Assembly (NCBI GenBank): GCA_017623255.1
Contig: JAGAPL010000076.1
Location: forward strand, 3,252 to 67,251
Direction of reading: 5' to 3'
Length of the DNA stretch: 64,000 nt
Source: Clostridia bacterium
GTDB lineage: Bacteria > Bacillota > Clostridia > Oscillospirales > CAG-272
Part shown: positions 62,594 through 64,000 of the stretch, one piece after another
Layout of the letters: each line of letters opens with the position of its first letter
How positions within the stretch are numbered: position 1 is the first letter of the stretch
The notes under the pieces: generated by a model
Database searches by the model: none
What the model was told of the DNA's origin: nothing
What the model saw: the letters and a program-made list of their open reading frames with translations, nothing else
Program-made: the position numbers and the translations under genes

Positions 62594-63924
62594 TGAAAAC
62601 GCCTATATATGATTTTGTGCGCCGCTACGCAGATAGCGGCGCTATGCGTTTGCATATGCCCGGTCATAAAGGGGCAGGGGATATTGAGAGATACGATATA
62701 ACTGAAATAAACGGTGCAGATAGCTTGTATGAAGCTGAAGGAATAATTGCAGAAAGTGAAAAAAATGCAAGTGAAATTTTCGATTGCAGCACTTTCTATT
62801 CAACCGAAGGCTCTTCTCATTGCATACGTGCCATGCTCTACCTTGCAGGTTTGCGCGCGGCAGAGCAAGGAAAAAAACTGAAAGTTCTTGCGCTCAGAAA
62901 TGCCCACAAAACCTTTCTGAGCGCAGCAGCGCTGTTGGATTTTCAAGTCTGTTGGGTATATCCCGATGAATCTGAAAGTTATCTTTCATGTAGCATAACT
63001 GCCGAAAAGCTTGGGGCAGAACTTGATAAATATGGTTATGCCGTAACAGCAGTTTATGTAACAAGTCCTGATTATCTTGGAAATATAGCCGATATAAAGG
63101 CTATTGCTGAAGTATGCCGCAAGTATGGAGTTTTGTTGTTAGTAGATAACGCGCACGGAGCATATTTACGCTTTTTATCTCCATCACTTCATCCAATAGA
63201 TCTTGGAGCTGATATTTGCTGCGATTCTGCTCACAAGACCCTACCCGTACTAACAGGTGGAGCATATTTGCATGTTGCGGATAATAAACTTGTAAAATAT
63301 GCAAAAAATGCTTTGGCATTGTTTGGTTCAACAAGTCCTTCATATCTGATATTGCAATCTCTGGATAAAGCTAATGAATATTTGGCTGCTGATTATCCTG
63401 AGCGATTGAAAAAGCTGTGCGTTGAAATTAATCAGTTGAAAGAAGACTTGCATAAAAAGGGATACACTGTTGTAGGTAACGAACTGACGAAAGTAACCAT
63501 TGCTGCAAAAACTTATGGTTACACGGGAATTGAACTTGCGGATATTTTGCGCCAAAAAGGAATTGAATGTGAATTTGCTGATCCTGATTATCTTGTGCTA
63601 ATGCTGACACCTGAGATATCAGAAGCAATTCCTTATATTAAAGAAGTGCTTGTAAATATTGGAAAAAAAGAACCTATTCTTGTTTCTCCGCCTTCATTTG
63701 CCAATGCTGAGGCAGTTGTGAGTGTTCGTGAGGCTATGCTTTCTCCAAGCGAAACTGTTGACGTAGGTGATAGCATCGACAGAATTTTAGCCGCTGCAAC
63801 AGTAGGTTGCCCCCCTGCAGTTCCCATCGTCGTAAGCGGCGAAAAAATAAATAGCCGTTGTATTGAATGCTTTGAGTATTACGGTATTAAAAAATGTGTA
63901 GTTATGAAAAAAAGTCCATTTTAA
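62593..63924 (+). CDS. Orn/Lys/Arg decarboxylase family PLP enzyme (B. subtilis YaaO-like)
   Basis: It has MRLHMPGHKG and CCDSAHKTLPVLTGG (the PLP lysine). The ATG shares one nucleotide with the scfB stop codon (tgatg at 62591-62595). Confidence 0.75.
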   Translation: MKTPIYDFVRRYADSGAMRLHMPGHKGAGDIERYDITEINGADSLYEAEGIIAESEKNASEIFDCSTFYSTEGSSHCIRAMLYLAGLRAAEQGKKLKVLALRNAHKTFLSAAALLDFQVCWVYPDESESYLSCSITAEKLGAELDKYGYAVTAVYVTSPDYLGNIADIKAIAEVCRKYGVLLLVDNAHGAYLRFLSPSLHPIDLGADICCDSAHKTLPVLTGGAYLHVADNKLVKYAKNALALFGSTSPSYLILQSLDKANEYLAADYPERLKKLCVEINQLKEDLHKKGYTVVGNELTKVTIAAKTYGYTGIELADILRQKGIECEFADPDYLVLMLTPEISEAIPYIKEVLVNIGKKEPILVSPPSFANAEAVVSVREAMLSPSETVDVGDSIDRILAAATVGCPPAVPIVVSGEKINSRCIECFEYYGIKKCVVMKKSPF

Positions 63925-63938
63925 ATGGACTTTTTTTT
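63907..63938 (+). terminator. intrinsic terminator at the end of the scfA-scfB-decarboxylase unit
   Basis: The stem aaaaaagtccatt/aatggactttttttt encloses the stop codon. Confidence 0.75.
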
Positions 63939-64000
63939 CATTTTGCTAAGTATTGCAAATATTAATTTTACAAGAGAAGAAATGGCGATGATTCCCATTG

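Noticed and set aside
63982-64000. A possible start of another gene (ATGGCGATGATTCCCATTG) at the window edge.
   Set aside because: Only six codons are visible and there is no convincing RBS, which is too little to call.

Overview
This window looks like a chromosomal segment of a low-to-medium GC Firmicute, most likely an anaerobic member of the Clostridia. Supporting signs are a 2x[4Fe-4S] clostridial ferredoxin, the SCIFF ranthipeptide pair, an rplU-prp-rpmA operon, feoAB, AGGAGG-type RBSs and many TTGACA-N17-TATAAT promoters. I count about 62 protein genes and see no rRNA, tRNA or CRISPR array. Most of the window is housekeeping: polA, argS, metG, prfA, folD, lgt, yebC, nadCB, ispE, coaE, a parC-like gene, and a holB-ricT...rsmI-metG-tatD block syntenic with the B. 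subtilis yaaT-yabD region. The accessory or unusual parts are listed here. (1) A truncated gene for a secreted surface protein built from tandem repeats (1-912). (2) An OPT transporter translationally coupled to a PqqD/RRE-like protein behind a terminator-containing leader (4816-7270). (3) A prophage packaging-module remnant (TerL, portal, Prp-like protease; 10166-13734) next to an orphan 284-aa protein with 26 cysteines (9226-10080). (4) A frameshifted cysteine desulfurase beside DUF3343. (5) A MarR-controlled operon joining a 2-enoate-reductase-type flavoenzyme to two-subunit aconitase X (15183-19590). (6) A nested 24-bp palindrome between nadB and a DUF362 gene. (7) A feoA-feoB-Cys-rich-peptide operon carrying three copies of a GTTAGC-N4-GCTAAC operator. 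(8) The SCIFF precursor/maturase operon (known biology). All functional calls come from reading the translated ORFs and recalling motifs and families; no database search was possible, and every start codon is my own choice based on RBS spacing. I do not see an unmistakable new multi-gene system such as a defence island. The best candidates for undescribed biology are the AcnX/enoate-reductase operon, the Cys-rich orphan beside the phage remnant, and the OPT-PqqD pair.
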